Positions 19,322 to 29,038 of a stretch of DNA of 64,000 nucleotides are shown here, piece by piece. Numbering within the stretch: position 1 is the first letter of the stretch; every line of letters starts with the position of its first letter. Source of the DNA: Candidatus Gastranaerophilales bacterium (GTDB taxonomy: Bacteria > Cyanobacteriota > Vampirovibrionia > Gastranaerophilales > Gastranaerophilaceae); NCBI GenBank assembly GCA_947624645.1, contig CANQLG010000004.1, forward strand, positions 7,006 through 71,005, in the 5' to 3' direction. The position numbers were made by a program, and so were the translations under genes. The notes under the pieces were generated by a model, which saw only the letters and a program-made list of their open reading frames with translations, was not told where the DNA came from and made no database searches.

Positions 19322-21067
19322 ATGAAAAAAATCTTTTTACTTCTTTTATCTGTTATTTTAGTTTTTCTTATTCTGTACAAAAAACAAACATCTGCTTCAT
19401 ATAAAGTATTAAAAATAGTTTCTCCGATTGAAATATTTATTGACACTAATAATAATTTTATTTTTGATGAACAAACTCCCGTAAAAATAAAAGATATAGA
19501 CTATATCGATGAAGCCGGAAACGATTATAAATACCCATTTTTAAAAGACTTATCCGAAGATGAAATATTTTTTATATCTTATAAAACAAAGCATTTTTCT
19601 GAAAAAATTTTGAATAATCAATTTATACAGCTTAAAAACAACGAAATCTATATTAAAAATAAAAAATATTCAGATATACTACTTGATTCACACCTCGTTT
19701 TTGATAAAACAAAAGAATCCCAAGATAATTTTATAAAAAAAGTCAAATCCTATAATCTTGATGACTACGTTATATATAATATACGAAGCAAAAGATACCA
19801 TAAACTTAATTGTGAAAAAGCCAAAAGCATAAAAAATTATAAGATTATAAAACGCTCGGAATTAAACAATTCCGCAACTCCATGCCCGTATTGCCATTTA
19901 AATAACGATTCAACGCCAAAAGATACGAAATGTATAAAAAAACCAAATCCTATTTATAAAGCTGATAAAATACAAGTCTTTTTTATTGACCTAAATACAG
20001 TATATAAACCTATGAGCACTTGCAAAACAGATGCTTGTAAAACACTGAAGAATGAAATAAATAATGCAAAAGATACTATAAATTTTGCCGTATACGGAAT
20101 TAATAACCAGCCTGAAATATTTAATGCTTTAGTAAATGCGAAAAAAAGAGGGGTCAAAATTAGATGGGTATGTGATTTTGATTATAAAAATAATAATTAT
20201 TACCCTGATACTATAAAACTGCAACAATATTTAACGGATTTTAAATCCGATAAAGAATATGATATACATTCTCCGCATGCGATTATGCATAATAAGTTTT
20301 TCATATTTGATAACCAAAAAGTGTGGACAGGTTCAAGCAATATAACAGGAACCGACTTAACGGGATTCAACGCTAATTATTCGGTATTAATTGACTCAAA
20401 AGAAACAGCTCAAGCATATACAAAAGAATTTAACCAAATGTATGAAGGAAAATTTCACACAGATAAAATATCTAATCCGATAAATCCTATAAAACTGGAT
20501 GAATCAACCAAAATTCTGCCTTTATTTTCACCCAATGATAACATTATTTATAATTCAATAATTCCGATTATTAACAAGGCTGAAAAATATATTTATATAC
20601 CTATATTTTTTCTGACCCATAAAGGTATAGCAGAAGCACTTATTAATGCACATAAAAGAGGAGTTGAAATTAAAATTATTAATGACGCAACAAATTCACA
20701 CTCAAAACATTCCATACATAAACAGCTCAGAAAAGAAGGCATAAAAGTAAAAACAGAAAACTATGCGGGCAAAATGCACGCAAAATCTATTTTTGTTGAC
20801 GATAAAATTTCAATAATCGGGTCTATGAATTATACAAAAAGTGCCAACAATAAAAATGATGAAAATATAGTTATTATTTATAATCAGGAAATTACAAAAT
20901 ACCTTAAACAAACCTTTTTATATTTATGGAACAAAATACCCAATAAATATGAAACTTTTGACCCCAGAGCCGAATCATTTGAATCAACAGGCTCTTGTTA
21001 TGACGGAATAGATAATAACTTTGACGGAAAAATTGACAGTCAGGATGAAGGTTGCTTTATCCGTTAG
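19322..21067 (+). CDS. Membrane-anchored phospholipase D-family protein (two HKD motifs) with an Ada-like zinc ribbon and a C-terminal Cys/Asp-rich motif
   Basis: HNKFFIFDNQKVWTGSSNIT and HAKSIFVDDKISIIGSMNYT form two HxK(x4)D(x6)GSxN motifs. There is an N-terminal TM helix, a YHKLNCEKA..PCPYCH element, and a C-terminal CYDGIDNNFDGKIDSQDEGC segment. Confidence 0.8.
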   Translation: MKKIFLLLLSVILVFLILYKKQTSASYKVLKIVSPIEIFIDTNNNFIFDEQTPVKIKDIDYIDEAGNDYKYPFLKDLSEDEIFFISYKTKHFSEKILNNQFIQLKNNEIYIKNKKYSDILLDSHLVFDKTKESQDNFIKKVKSYNLDDYVIYNIRSKRYHKLNCEKAKSIKNYKIIKRSELNNSATPCPYCHLNNDSTPKDTKCIKKPNPIYKADKIQVFFIDLNTVYKPMSTCKTDACKTLKNEINNAKDTINFAVYGINNQPEIFNALVNAKKRGVKIRWVCDFDYKNNNYYPDTIKLQQYLTDFKSDKEYDIHSPHAIMHNKFFIFDNQKVWTGSSNITGTDLTGFNANYSVLIDSKETAQAYTKEFNQMYEGKFHTDKISNPINPIKLDESTKILPLFSPNDNIIYNSIIPIINKAEKYIYIPIFFLTHKGIAEALINAHKRGVEIKIINDATNSHSKHSIHKQLRKEGIKVKTENYAGKMHAKSIFVDDKISIIGSMNYTKSANNKNDENIVIIYNQEITKYLKQTFLYLWNKIPNKYETFDPRAESFESTGSCYDGIDNNFDGKIDSQDEGCFIR

Positions 21068-23369
21068 GCATAATATCTTGTTTCAAATATTTTTTATATG
21101 ATTTCTTTTTTGTTTTCTTTTGCTTAGATTTTTCTTTGCCAAATTTATTAGGATTATTCAACACTGATTTTTTAAACTCAATATCAGAATCTTTAGTACC
21201 AACCATCATAGCTATTTGGAACATAGTATTTCTTCTGTATGCATCATACCCGATAGTCAATTTTACATACTCAGGTCCTATACTAACAAGGATTCTGCTT
21301 TCCTGAAATAATTTGTCATCTTTGTAATCATTATCCATTGCAAGAGAAGCTAAATAACCCAACGTTAAATATTTACATACTCTCAAACTCTCAAGAAAAA
21401 CAAGATTTGAACGGCCGTATCTGTATCGGTCAAAGCCGAAAGGTGATCTGCCATCAGACGCAGTTTGATAATAAATAACGGATTGACGCCAAGGACCGAC
21501 CATTGTAGATAAAGCAGGACCTACTCTAAACAGCCCTACTCTTTCTCCCGAAGTATATACAGATGCGGATGTTTGAGCTATCAGCCCCAAGTTAACATTA
21601 ACATTTCCCTCTTCATTATCGTATGAATATATTGGTTTAAATGTTTGTGTCATCCATCTGAATCTGCCCTCTGCATCTTTTGTATGATCCCTTGGTGCAT
21701 ATCTGTCAACAAATACACCTGCTGAATATAATTGTGAAAAATTCAATTTTAAATCTTTTACATAGTCTGACCTTGCATAATCCAAATGTGCAGAATATTT
21801 TGGCATTCTGTACCCTAAGAACCATTCATTTTGATTAGTAAATCTGGAATATTGTAACGTTAATCCTTTTGCAATTTTATGCTTACCTCGTAATAATATT
21901 TCATCAACCGATGACCCATAGGCAAGTTCTGTCATATTATGTTCACTACGATATCTAGCAATAGCACCTAAACCAAATTCATCATTTTTGTATGTCAATA
22001 TCGGAGCTAATTTCAACGTAGAACCGCCGGGCACATTTAATACAACAGCAGGGCCTACATGCATACCAAGCATATTTTGTGAACCGAATTCAGGTATATT
22101 TGATTCAGCATTCGTTCGCTGTTTATTTGTAACAATCTTTAATGACGGAATAGCACCAATGCGATGATTTTTTAAATACACATCGGCATTTTTTACCGTA
22201 ATTACTTCATGGTCATCTTCCGAATCTATTACAATCGTATCTGCCTTTAATTTATATATTCCCTTAGTTCCCGAATAATCCTTTGTTTTACCGGCTGTCA
22301 TATATCCGCTTTGATCAACATAAGATGCAAAGGATCTTGCACCTATACTCATAACTTCGTCTTTTAATATTTTAGCAACACCGTCATATTCTTCTATTTT
22401 ATCCGAGTATATATAAGCCTCTTTTGCATTTAATATGATATCATCAGTGGTGCTGACCGGATTTTCTATCCAACCTTCAGGCTTTTTTAAATCCAATCTG
22501 ATAAAATCTCCCTCTGTTACAGCATCTGAAGACTTTAATACAACATCTTCACTCGCCGTTAAAATATTCATATCATAATTATAAACAATTTTATTTGCCT
22601 CTAATGTTGTATTTTGCTGAATAAAATTAACTTTTGCATTTCCAATTGCCTCTACTTCATAACGTTCAGGGAAATATTCCATATAATCCGCAGACAGTTC
22701 TATTTTAGGCTCTGACTGTTTTTGAGGTGTTGTTTGGTTATTTTTTTTCTTCTTAAAAAAGAAAATTTTATCTTTCAAAGAAAAATTATTTCCTTTTTGC
22801 GCATTTAATCTTGCTTCTTCCTCTCTTTGTCTTTCACGCTCTTCTTTACGCAGTTCACGTTCAAGCTCAATTTTAGTTAAATGCTTTTTTGGTGCAGGAC
22901 TGACAAAAGTTTCATCATTTACTTCTTTTATGTTATCGTCGTTATCAGATGTCTTATTCTGTTTTAGTATAGCTAAACCGTTTTCTTCATTTATATCATT
23001 TTCATCTTTTTCTTCATTTATTTCGGTTATTTCTGTTACTTCGTTTACTTCATTTTCATTATCTACTTTTTCTACTTCTGATACTTCAGTTACTTCATTT
23101 TTAACAGAATCCTCCGGTTTTATATTTTGTTTTTGAACTGTTATATCTTTAGATTGATTTTTATCCTGCTTTGATTTTTTCTGCTTGAATTTCTTAAAAT
23201 AATCAAATACACTGTCTGTATCAGATGGTTTATCCTCCTGAACAATGTTAAACGGATTTAACGAAGAATAAAAAGGATCCATTCCCATTTCAGGATAAAA
23301 GTCAGCTGCTTTAATTTCAGTAGCCGTGAACATTATTATTATAAGTATTATCAGATATTTTTTTAACAA
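21057..23369 (-). CDS. LptD/OstA-like outer-membrane protein with a long K/E/N-rich N-terminal low-complexity region
   Basis: 770 aa; signal peptide; OstA-like segment (ELSADYMEYFPERYEVEAIGNAKVNF..ANKIVYNYD..); large C-terminal beta-rich region; Lys-rich tail. Confidence 0.55.
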   Translation of the reverse strand: MLKKYLIILIIIMFTATEIKAADFYPEMGMDPFYSSLNPFNIVQEDKPSDTDSVFDYFKKFKQKKSKQDKNQSKDITVQKQNIKPEDSVKNEVTEVSEVEKVDNENEVNEVTEITEINEEKDENDINEENGLAILKQNKTSDNDDNIKEVNDETFVSPAPKKHLTKIELERELRKEERERQREEEARLNAQKGNNFSLKDKIFFFKKKKNNQTTPQKQSEPKIELSADYMEYFPERYEVEAIGNAKVNFIQQNTTLEANKIVYNYDMNILTASEDVVLKSSDAVTEGDFIRLDLKKPEGWIENPVSTTDDIILNAKEAYIYSDKIEEYDGVAKILKDEVMSIGARSFASYVDQSGYMTAGKTKDYSGTKGIYKLKADTIVIDSEDDHEVITVKNADVYLKNHRIGAIPSLKIVTNKQRTNAESNIPEFGSQNMLGMHVGPAVVLNVPGGSTLKLAPILTYKNDEFGLGAIARYRSEHNMTELAYGSSVDEILLRGKHKIAKGLTLQYSRFTNQNEWFLGYRMPKYSAHLDYARSDYVKDLKLNFSQLYSAGVFVDRYAPRDHTKDAEGRFRWMTQTFKPIYSYDNEEGNVNVNLGLIAQTSASVYTSGERVGLFRVGPALSTMVGPWRQSVIYYQTASDGRSPFGFDRYRYGRSNLVFLESLRVCKYLTLGYLASLAMDNDYKDDKLFQESRILVSIGPEYVKLTIGYDAYRRNTMFQIAMMVGTKDSDIEFKKSVLNNPNKFGKEKSKQKKTKKKSYKKYLKQDIMPNG

Positions 23370-23383
23370 ATCATATCACCTTT

Positions 23384-24499
23384 TTATATATAATTTACTG
23401 GGTTTTGTGGTTTTCCGTTAATACGAACCTCAAAATGGAGATGAGGACCGGTTGCATAACCTGTCGTACCAACAAGCCCTATAACCTGACCTCTTGTAAT
23501 ATTATCTCCTTTATTTGCCTTAATTTGCGACATATGAGCATATAATGTTGTGGTCGGAGCTCCGGTACAATTACCATGGTCAATAATTACCACTTTTCCA
23601 TAACCTCCGTACCATCCTGAATATATAACTCTGCCTCCGTTAGCTGCTTTTATCGGAGTTCCGTATGGAACACCTATATCTATTCCGGTATGAAATATTC
23701 TCGATTTAAATATAGGATGTACTCTCCATCCGAAGGGCGATGTAATCCTGCCATAGACTGGCTTTGAAAATCCTCCGTTTACAACTACTCCGCTATTTCG
23801 TGTAGTTCTTGCTATCATTGCTGCCAAACGATCAGATTGTTTCTTTAATTCACGCTCTGATTTTTCATAAGCTTTTTTATCTTTTTGAATTTTTTCTATC
23901 ATGGACTTATTTTGATTTATGGTGGCTTTGATATTTCTATTTTCTCTATCCATGTCATTAATTATGCGTGAAAGCTTGCGTTTTTCCAGTTCCATTTTCT
24001 TTTTCAATGCCGATATCTGCATTGAATGCTGTCTTAATGCCATCATCTTTTTTCTGTCAGCATCTATTATCAAATTTTGATAATAAATTCTGTCCAAAAA
24101 TTGGCTTATACTGTTTGTTGATAATAATAAGTCCAAAATCATAGTATGTTTGGTCTTGTATATAGCTCTGATTCTCTCTGCCGAAACATTTCTGCTTGTA
24201 CTGTACTTTGCCATATATGCATCAAGTTCTTTTTGCAATGAATTTATATTTGATTGTTTATTGTTATATTGAACTTGCGATTTTTTTAATGCTTTTTGAT
24301 TTTTTTCTAATTTTTGTTGATTTCTGCTTAATTTATTAGTTTCTTGCCGTTCCAGTTTTTTCAAGGTATTAATTTTTAATTTTATAGCATGTCTTTGTTG
24401 CTCGACTTTTTTAATTTGCTGCGCTTCAGTAGCATATGCTCCCGTGCATACACTCATTATAATCAATATTATAATTGTTATTAATTTCTTTCCCGACAA
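23384..24499 (-). CDS. M23 family metallopeptidase with an N-terminal coiled coil (EnvC-like)
   Basis: Signal peptide, about 230 aa of coiled coil, then the HTGIDI and HLHFEV LytM/M23 motifs. Confidence 0.85.
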   Translation of the reverse strand: MSGKKLITIIILIIMSVCTGAYATEAQQIKKVEQQRHAIKLKINTLKKLERQETNKLSRNQQKLEKNQKALKKSQVQYNNKQSNINSLQKELDAYMAKYSTSRNVSAERIRAIYKTKHTMILDLLLSTNSISQFLDRIYYQNLIIDADRKKMMALRQHSMQISALKKKMELEKRKLSRIINDMDRENRNIKATINQNKSMIEKIQKDKKAYEKSERELKKQSDRLAAMIARTTRNSGVVVNGGFSKPVYGRITSPFGWRVHPIFKSRIFHTGIDIGVPYGTPIKAANGGRVIYSGWYGGYGKVVIIDHGNCTGAPTTTLYAHMSQIKANKGDNITRGQVIGLVGTTGYATGPHLHFEVRINGKPQNPVNYI

Positions 24500-24517
24500 A
24501 ATTTTTACCTGATTACA

Positions 24518-24619
24518 TTATTTTAAAACTAAAAATAACATTGAACCGAAGGTCCACAACAAGAAGCATAACGTGATTGTTAATATTATTACTTTTTTAT
24601 TATTTCTGAAAAATTCCAT
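24518..24619 (-). CDS. Possible 33-aa hydrophobic micro-protein
   Basis: Hand-translated as MEFFRNNKKVIILTITLCFLLWTFGSMLFLVLK (one TM helix). It is below the ORF-track size cutoff and has no clear RBS. Confidence 0.2.
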   Translation of the reverse strand: MEFFRNNKKVIILTITLCFLLWTFGSMLFLVLK

Positions 24620-24697
24620 ATTATATCCCCATAGTAAAATTCCATACATTAATATTTTACTCCAAATATGACATGAAACAAAATTATTAAGGGGTTT

Positions 24698-25234
24698 TTA
24701 ACATTCAATTCTCAATATTTCTTTATCTGAAACAATAATATGGCATTTTTCATCGTGGTATTGAGGAAATACATTATCATATAACAAAGCCGAATATACT
24801 AATACAATCCTTTTACAGGAAACATCAAGCTCTGATAAAAATCTGTCATAATACCCTTTTCCCCAACCCAATCTATAACCGTTTCTATCTGCAGCAACAG
24901 CAGGAATTATCACAGTATCTATAATATCAAGCTTAGTTATTGGGCTATTTTGAGGTTCCATTATACCATAGCTGCCTTTAGCAAGTTTTTTTTCATTATA
25001 AAGACATACTTCAAGTTCATCATTTTTTACTCTCGGCAAAAACCATTTTTTTTCTTTATTTAAAAACAATTCCAGCGTATTTACTTCATTTTTTATAGGA
25101 TAATAACAAAGAATATTTGTACTCTTTTTATATTCATCAATAGAGATAAGATTTTTTATAATTTTTTTGCTTAAATCTTCTGTATTTAAAGTTTTTCTCA
25201 ATTCAAGCGATTTTTGTCTTAAAATATTTTTCAT
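24698..25234 (-). CDS. 5-formyltetrahydrofolate cyclo-ligase
   Basis: MKNILRQKSLELRK.. start, GWGKGYYDRFL motif and a length of about 178 aa are typical of MTHFS. The start is moved to 25234. Confidence 0.8.
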   Translation of the reverse strand: MKNILRQKSLELRKTLNTEDLSKKIIKNLISIDEYKKSTNILCYYPIKNEVNTLELFLNKEKKWFLPRVKNDELEVCLYNEKKLAKGSYGIMEPQNSPITKLDIIDTVIIPAVAADRNGYRLGWGKGYYDRFLSELDVSCKRIVLVYSALLYDNVFPQYHDEKCHIIVSDKEILRIEC

Positions 25235-25295
25235 AATAAAATTAAACAAAAAAAAGGACTTTATTAAAAGTCCTTTTTTAAATTGATACAAAATT

Positions 25296-26984
25296 TTATT
25301 TTATATTTGAAAACGTCCAAGCATCTTTCACGGGAGCAGTAGCTGCCTGATAATCGGTATTGGATACTCCGCCCTCATCAGAACCGTGTGCTATCGGTTT
25401 ATATAATCTGTTATAATACTCGATAACCATTCTGTCGGAATTGAAATAAGACTCTGCTGTTCTTATTGCCTGACGCATCATTATAGCCCATTTTGTTTTA
25501 TCATTGTAGTATGTAGGAATAATTTGATTTTCAATAATATCCATCATACATTCATAGTCTTTCTTATGACGTTCTTCCCAAGGAATATTGTCATCTAATC
25601 CCGGATATTCGATTGTAAATCCGTTAATTCCCGGGAATGTTCCTTCAACAGTCCATCCGTCGAATGTTGATAAGTGCAATGCACCGTTAGCATTGGCACT
25701 CATGCCTGATGTACCTGATGCTTCAAACGGTCTTAACGGTGTATTTAACCATATATCGGAAGCTCTTTTCAATTTACCGCTCAAATCTAGTTCATAACCT
25801 GTCAATACTACAACGTTCTTCATAGAATATGAACTTCTGAGTATTTTATTGAACATTTCTTTTCCGATAACATCATCAGGGTGGAATTTTCCTGCAAAAA
25901 TCAATTGAACTTTATTTTCGTTTAACAGTTTTAATATTCTGTTTTCATCCATAAATATTAACCAAGCACGTTTATAATCAGCAAATCTTCTTGCCCAAGT
26001 GATGGTTAATACATTAGGATCCAACCTTTTACCGACAGTATTTGCAATATATTCAAATACTTCTTTTTTCATTTCTTTTTTAGACTCGATTAAAGATTCA
26101 AGATTATCTGTTTTCATTCTTTCATCTTGCCAATAGTGAAGATTGACGGCATTGGTAATAGCTCTAATCGGGCATCTGCCTTCTACCCAGCTCCACATTT
26201 TATTGGACACCAAACCATGTAATTGTGAAACTGCATTAGCAAGTCTTGACATTCTAAGAGCAGCGACAGTCAAAGAGAATTGTTCACCGCCGAGTTGAAC
26301 AGCTTCTTCTCTTGAACGGCCTGCAAAGAAACCGCCTTTTAATAAATTATCAACCCAATGAACTTCGTTGCCTGCTGCAACAGGTGTATGTGTTGTAAAT
26401 ACAACTTTTTCTCTTACCTTTGCCAAATCACCGTTGTATTGGCTTAATAACTCAAATGCGGCAGGAAGAGCATGTCCTTCATTTAAGTGAACACAATCAT
26501 ATTTATAACCTATTTTATCAAGTAATCTGATACCTGCGATACCTAAAACCGTTTCTTGAGCAATTCTGATTTTTTCGTTACCGTCATATAGTTTATGAGA
26601 TATTGATCTTGCCCACTCTGAGTTTTCATCAATATCAGTTGTTAAATAATATACGGGACAAGTATCAAATATACCCGGTTCAAGCTTATATGCTTTAACT
26701 TTAACATTTTCACCATATATTTCCACATCAACAGTTTGATTGATATCTGTAAGGAAATCATAGTGTTTTCTGATATATGCTACTTCAACATTTCCTTCGT
26801 GGTCTATTCTTTGGTTATAATAACCGTAAGTCCATAACATTGTAACGCCAACCATAGGCATTTGGAGATAGCCGGCTGATAACATATGCGAACCTGCTAA
26901 AAATCCTAAACCGCCTGAATATGTTGCAATTGATTGATCTATTGCTATTTCCATTGAGAAATATGCTACATTTGGTAATCCCAT
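25296..26984 (-). CDS. Alpha-glucan phosphorylase family (GT35) homologue lacking the PLP-attachment lysine
   Basis: YSGGLGFLAGSH N-terminal motif. The C-terminal EASGTSGMSANANG aligns with the phosphorylase PLP signature E-A-S-G-x-[GS]-x-M-K, but has Ser at the Lys position. Confidence 0.8.
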   Translation of the reverse strand: MGLPNVAYFSMEIAIDQSIATYSGGLGFLAGSHMLSAGYLQMPMVGVTMLWTYGYYNQRIDHEGNVEVAYIRKHYDFLTDINQTVDVEIYGENVKVKAYKLEPGIFDTCPVYYLTTDIDENSEWARSISHKLYDGNEKIRIAQETVLGIAGIRLLDKIGYKYDCVHLNEGHALPAAFELLSQYNGDLAKVREKVVFTTHTPVAAGNEVHWVDNLLKGGFFAGRSREEAVQLGGEQFSLTVAALRMSRLANAVSQLHGLVSNKMWSWVEGRCPIRAITNAVNLHYWQDERMKTDNLESLIESKKEMKKEVFEYIANTVGKRLDPNVLTITWARRFADYKRAWLIFMDENRILKLLNENKVQLIFAGKFHPDDVIGKEMFNKILRSSYSMKNVVVLTGYELDLSGKLKRASDIWLNTPLRPFEASGTSGMSANANGALHLSTFDGWTVEGTFPGINGFTIEYPGLDDNIPWEERHKKDYECMMDIIENQIIPTYYNDKTKWAIMMRQAIRTAESYFNSDRMVIEYYNRLYKPIAHGSDEGGVSNTDYQAATAPVKDAWTFSNIK

Positions 26985-27173
26985 CGGGTTCTCCTTTTAT
27001 AATCTGAACATTATTTACCATTTAGTATCTTATACCAACAAGATAACAAAAAAGCAACTTTTTCTCTACTATTTTTTTTATGTTAAGATTTACATTTCAG
27101 TTAAAACGGTTGTTATTACTCAATTTTTATATATAATAAATAATAAAAAATTTACAATTAAGTGAGGATAAAA

Positions 27174-27794
27174 ATGAAATTAGCGGTTTTTGATTTCGAT
27201 TCAACTTTAATGGAGGGTGAAACTTTAGAATTTTTGGCAAGAGAATATAATATAGAACCGTTAATGAAACAAATAACAACAGAAGCTATGGAAGGTAAAA
27301 TTGACTTTTTTGAAAGTTTAATCAAACGTGTTGCATTGTTAAAAGGAGCTAAAGAAGAAAAGATAAAACAAATTTGCGAAAATCTTCCCTTTACAAAAGG
27401 AGCAAAAGAAACTGTATCCGAATTAAAAAAAATGGGATATAAAGTTGTATGTTTTTCGGGAGGTTATGAAACAGCTACAATTCCCGCTCAAAAAATATTA
27501 GGTTATGATGCGCAATTTGCAAATATTTTGCATTTTAAAGAAGGAATTATGACCGGAATGTTAGGCGGAGAAATGATGTTTTCGGACAGTAAAGGAAAAA
27601 TGCTCAAAAAAATTCAAAATCTTTTAAATATTGACAGCACCGCCACAATAGCAGTAGGTGACGGTGCTAACGATTTAAGTATGTTTCCTTTTGCAGATAA
27701 ACGTGTTGCTTTTTGCGCAAAACCAATATTAAAAAGTCAAGCCAATATTATCATTAATAATAAAGATTTAACTGAGATTTTAAATTATATTTAA
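27174..27794 (+). CDS. serB: Phosphoserine phosphatase (HAD superfamily, SerB type)
   Basis: FDFDSTL (DxDxT) motif, GDGANDL, and cap-domain pattern. The start ATG at 27174 follows GAGG. Confidence 0.8.
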   Translation: MKLAVFDFDSTLMEGETLEFLAREYNIEPLMKQITTEAMEGKIDFFESLIKRVALLKGAKEEKIKQICENLPFTKGAKETVSELKKMGYKVVCFSGGYETATIPAQKILGYDAQFANILHFKEGIMTGMLGGEMMFSDSKGKMLKKIQNLLNIDSTATIAVGDGANDLSMFPFADKRVAFCAKPILKSQANIIINNKDLTEILNYI

Positions 27795-28330
27795 TAATTT
27801 TTAGATTTTTCAAAGAAATAACTTTGCGGATGAGCGCATACCGGGCACTTTTCAATTGCAGATGTTCCTTTGTATGAATATCCGCAATTTGCGCATTCCC
27901 AAACGATTTCTTGTTCTTTTTCAAATACTTTGCCGTTTTTAATATTTTGCAACAGTTTTCTATATCTTTCTTCGTGGTCTTTTTCTATTTGAGCTACTTT
28001 TTCAAACAAAAACGCAATATCATTAAATCCCTCTTCACGTGCTTCTTTTGCGAAATCGGCATACATTTTTGTCCATTCATAGTTTTCACCGTTTGACGCA
28101 TCTTCTAAATTCTCAATTGTAGACGGAACTTTACCACCGTGTAAAAGTTTAAACCATATTTTAGCATGCTCTTTTTCATTATTTGCTGTTTCTTCAAACA
28201 GTCTGCTAACCTGAACATACCCGTCTTTTTTAGCTTGAGAAGCATAATATGTATACTTATTTCTCGCTTGTGATTCACCTGAAAATGCTTCCATTAAATT
28301 CTTTTCCGTCTTTGAACCTTTTAATTCCAT
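27791..28330 (-). CDS. rbr: Rubrerythrin
   Basis: Four-helix diiron ExxH motifs ([18 protein letters not shown]) plus a C-terminal rubredoxin-like CANCGY..CPVC. The start at 28330 follows AAGGAG. Confidence 0.88.
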   Translation of the reverse strand: MELKGSKTEKNLMEAFSGESQARNKYTYYASQAKKDGYVQVSRLFEETANNEKEHAKIWFKLLHGGKVPSTIENLEDASNGENYEWTKMYADFAKEAREEGFNDIAFLFEKVAQIEKDHEERYRKLLQNIKNGKVFEKEQEIVWECANCGYSYKGTSAIEKCPVCAHPQSYFFEKSKNY

Positions 28331-28493
28331 ATAATTCTCCTTATCTTCCAAAAATCTTAATACAAATTATAGGAATAATAATATATCATGCTTATTTATT
28401 GCAAGTATAATTTTAATAAATTTTTATAAAATCCCCTTTATGTTTAAAACAAATTATAACGTGGAATTAATTAATTTATATAAGGAGATTATT

Positions 28494-28877
28494 ATGGCAA
28501 TTTTTTCTTTTAAATATTACTTTATTATTTTAACTTCAATTATTATTTTATTATCCAATACTCAATATGCATATGCAACTCCGTCAAATGAAATGTATGA
28601 CTATATTATAGATAGTTATTTCTTCGGAGTGAAATTAGGACTAAATAACTTAGCAACAAGCAAAAATGAGGATGCAAAAACAAAATTCGTAAATAAAATA
28701 AAACAAAATTTTAACAAACAAGACTTTAAAAATAAAACTTATGATTGTTTTTCAAAATATAATGATAAAGATATTCTGACAAATAACAAAATAGTCGGTA
28801 CTTGTTCCAATAATTATTTTCAAAATTACATTCTTTCTCAGCAAGCAGCATTCAAAGAACTATATATGGCGCAATAA
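28494..28877 (+). CDS. Hypothetical secreted protein
   Basis: The ATG at 28494 follows AAGGAG. Signal peptide MAIFSFKYYFIILTSIIILLSNTQYAYA. Confidence 0.5.
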   Translation: MAIFSFKYYFIILTSIIILLSNTQYAYATPSNEMYDYIIDSYFFGVKLGLNNLATSKNEDAKTKFVNKIKQNFNKQDFKNKTYDCFSKYNDKDILTNNKIVGTCSNNYFQNYILSQQAAFKELYMAQ

Positions 28878-28878
28878 T

Positions 28879-29037
28879 TTAAATAACCACAGATATATTC
28901 AACGTATAATATTCTTCATCATAACCGGTTATTGCCCATTTCAGTACATCATACCCCATGATTGAGAGGTTTGATTCTATATATTCACTTGTAAAATCAT
29001 TTGGGATTTTTATTTTAACTTCTTTTGTCGTTATCAT
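28879..29037 (-). CDS. Possible 52-aa ORF starting 1 nt after the stop of the SGNH-like gene
   Basis: Hand-translated as MITTKEVKIKIPNDFTSEYIESNLSIMGYDVLKWAITGYDEEYYTLNISVVI. It is below the ORF-track cutoff and has no clear SD. Confidence 0.25.
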   Translation of the reverse strand: MITTKEVKIKIPNDFTSEYIESNLSIMGYDVLKWAITGYDEEYYTLNISVVI

Positions 29038-29038
29038 A

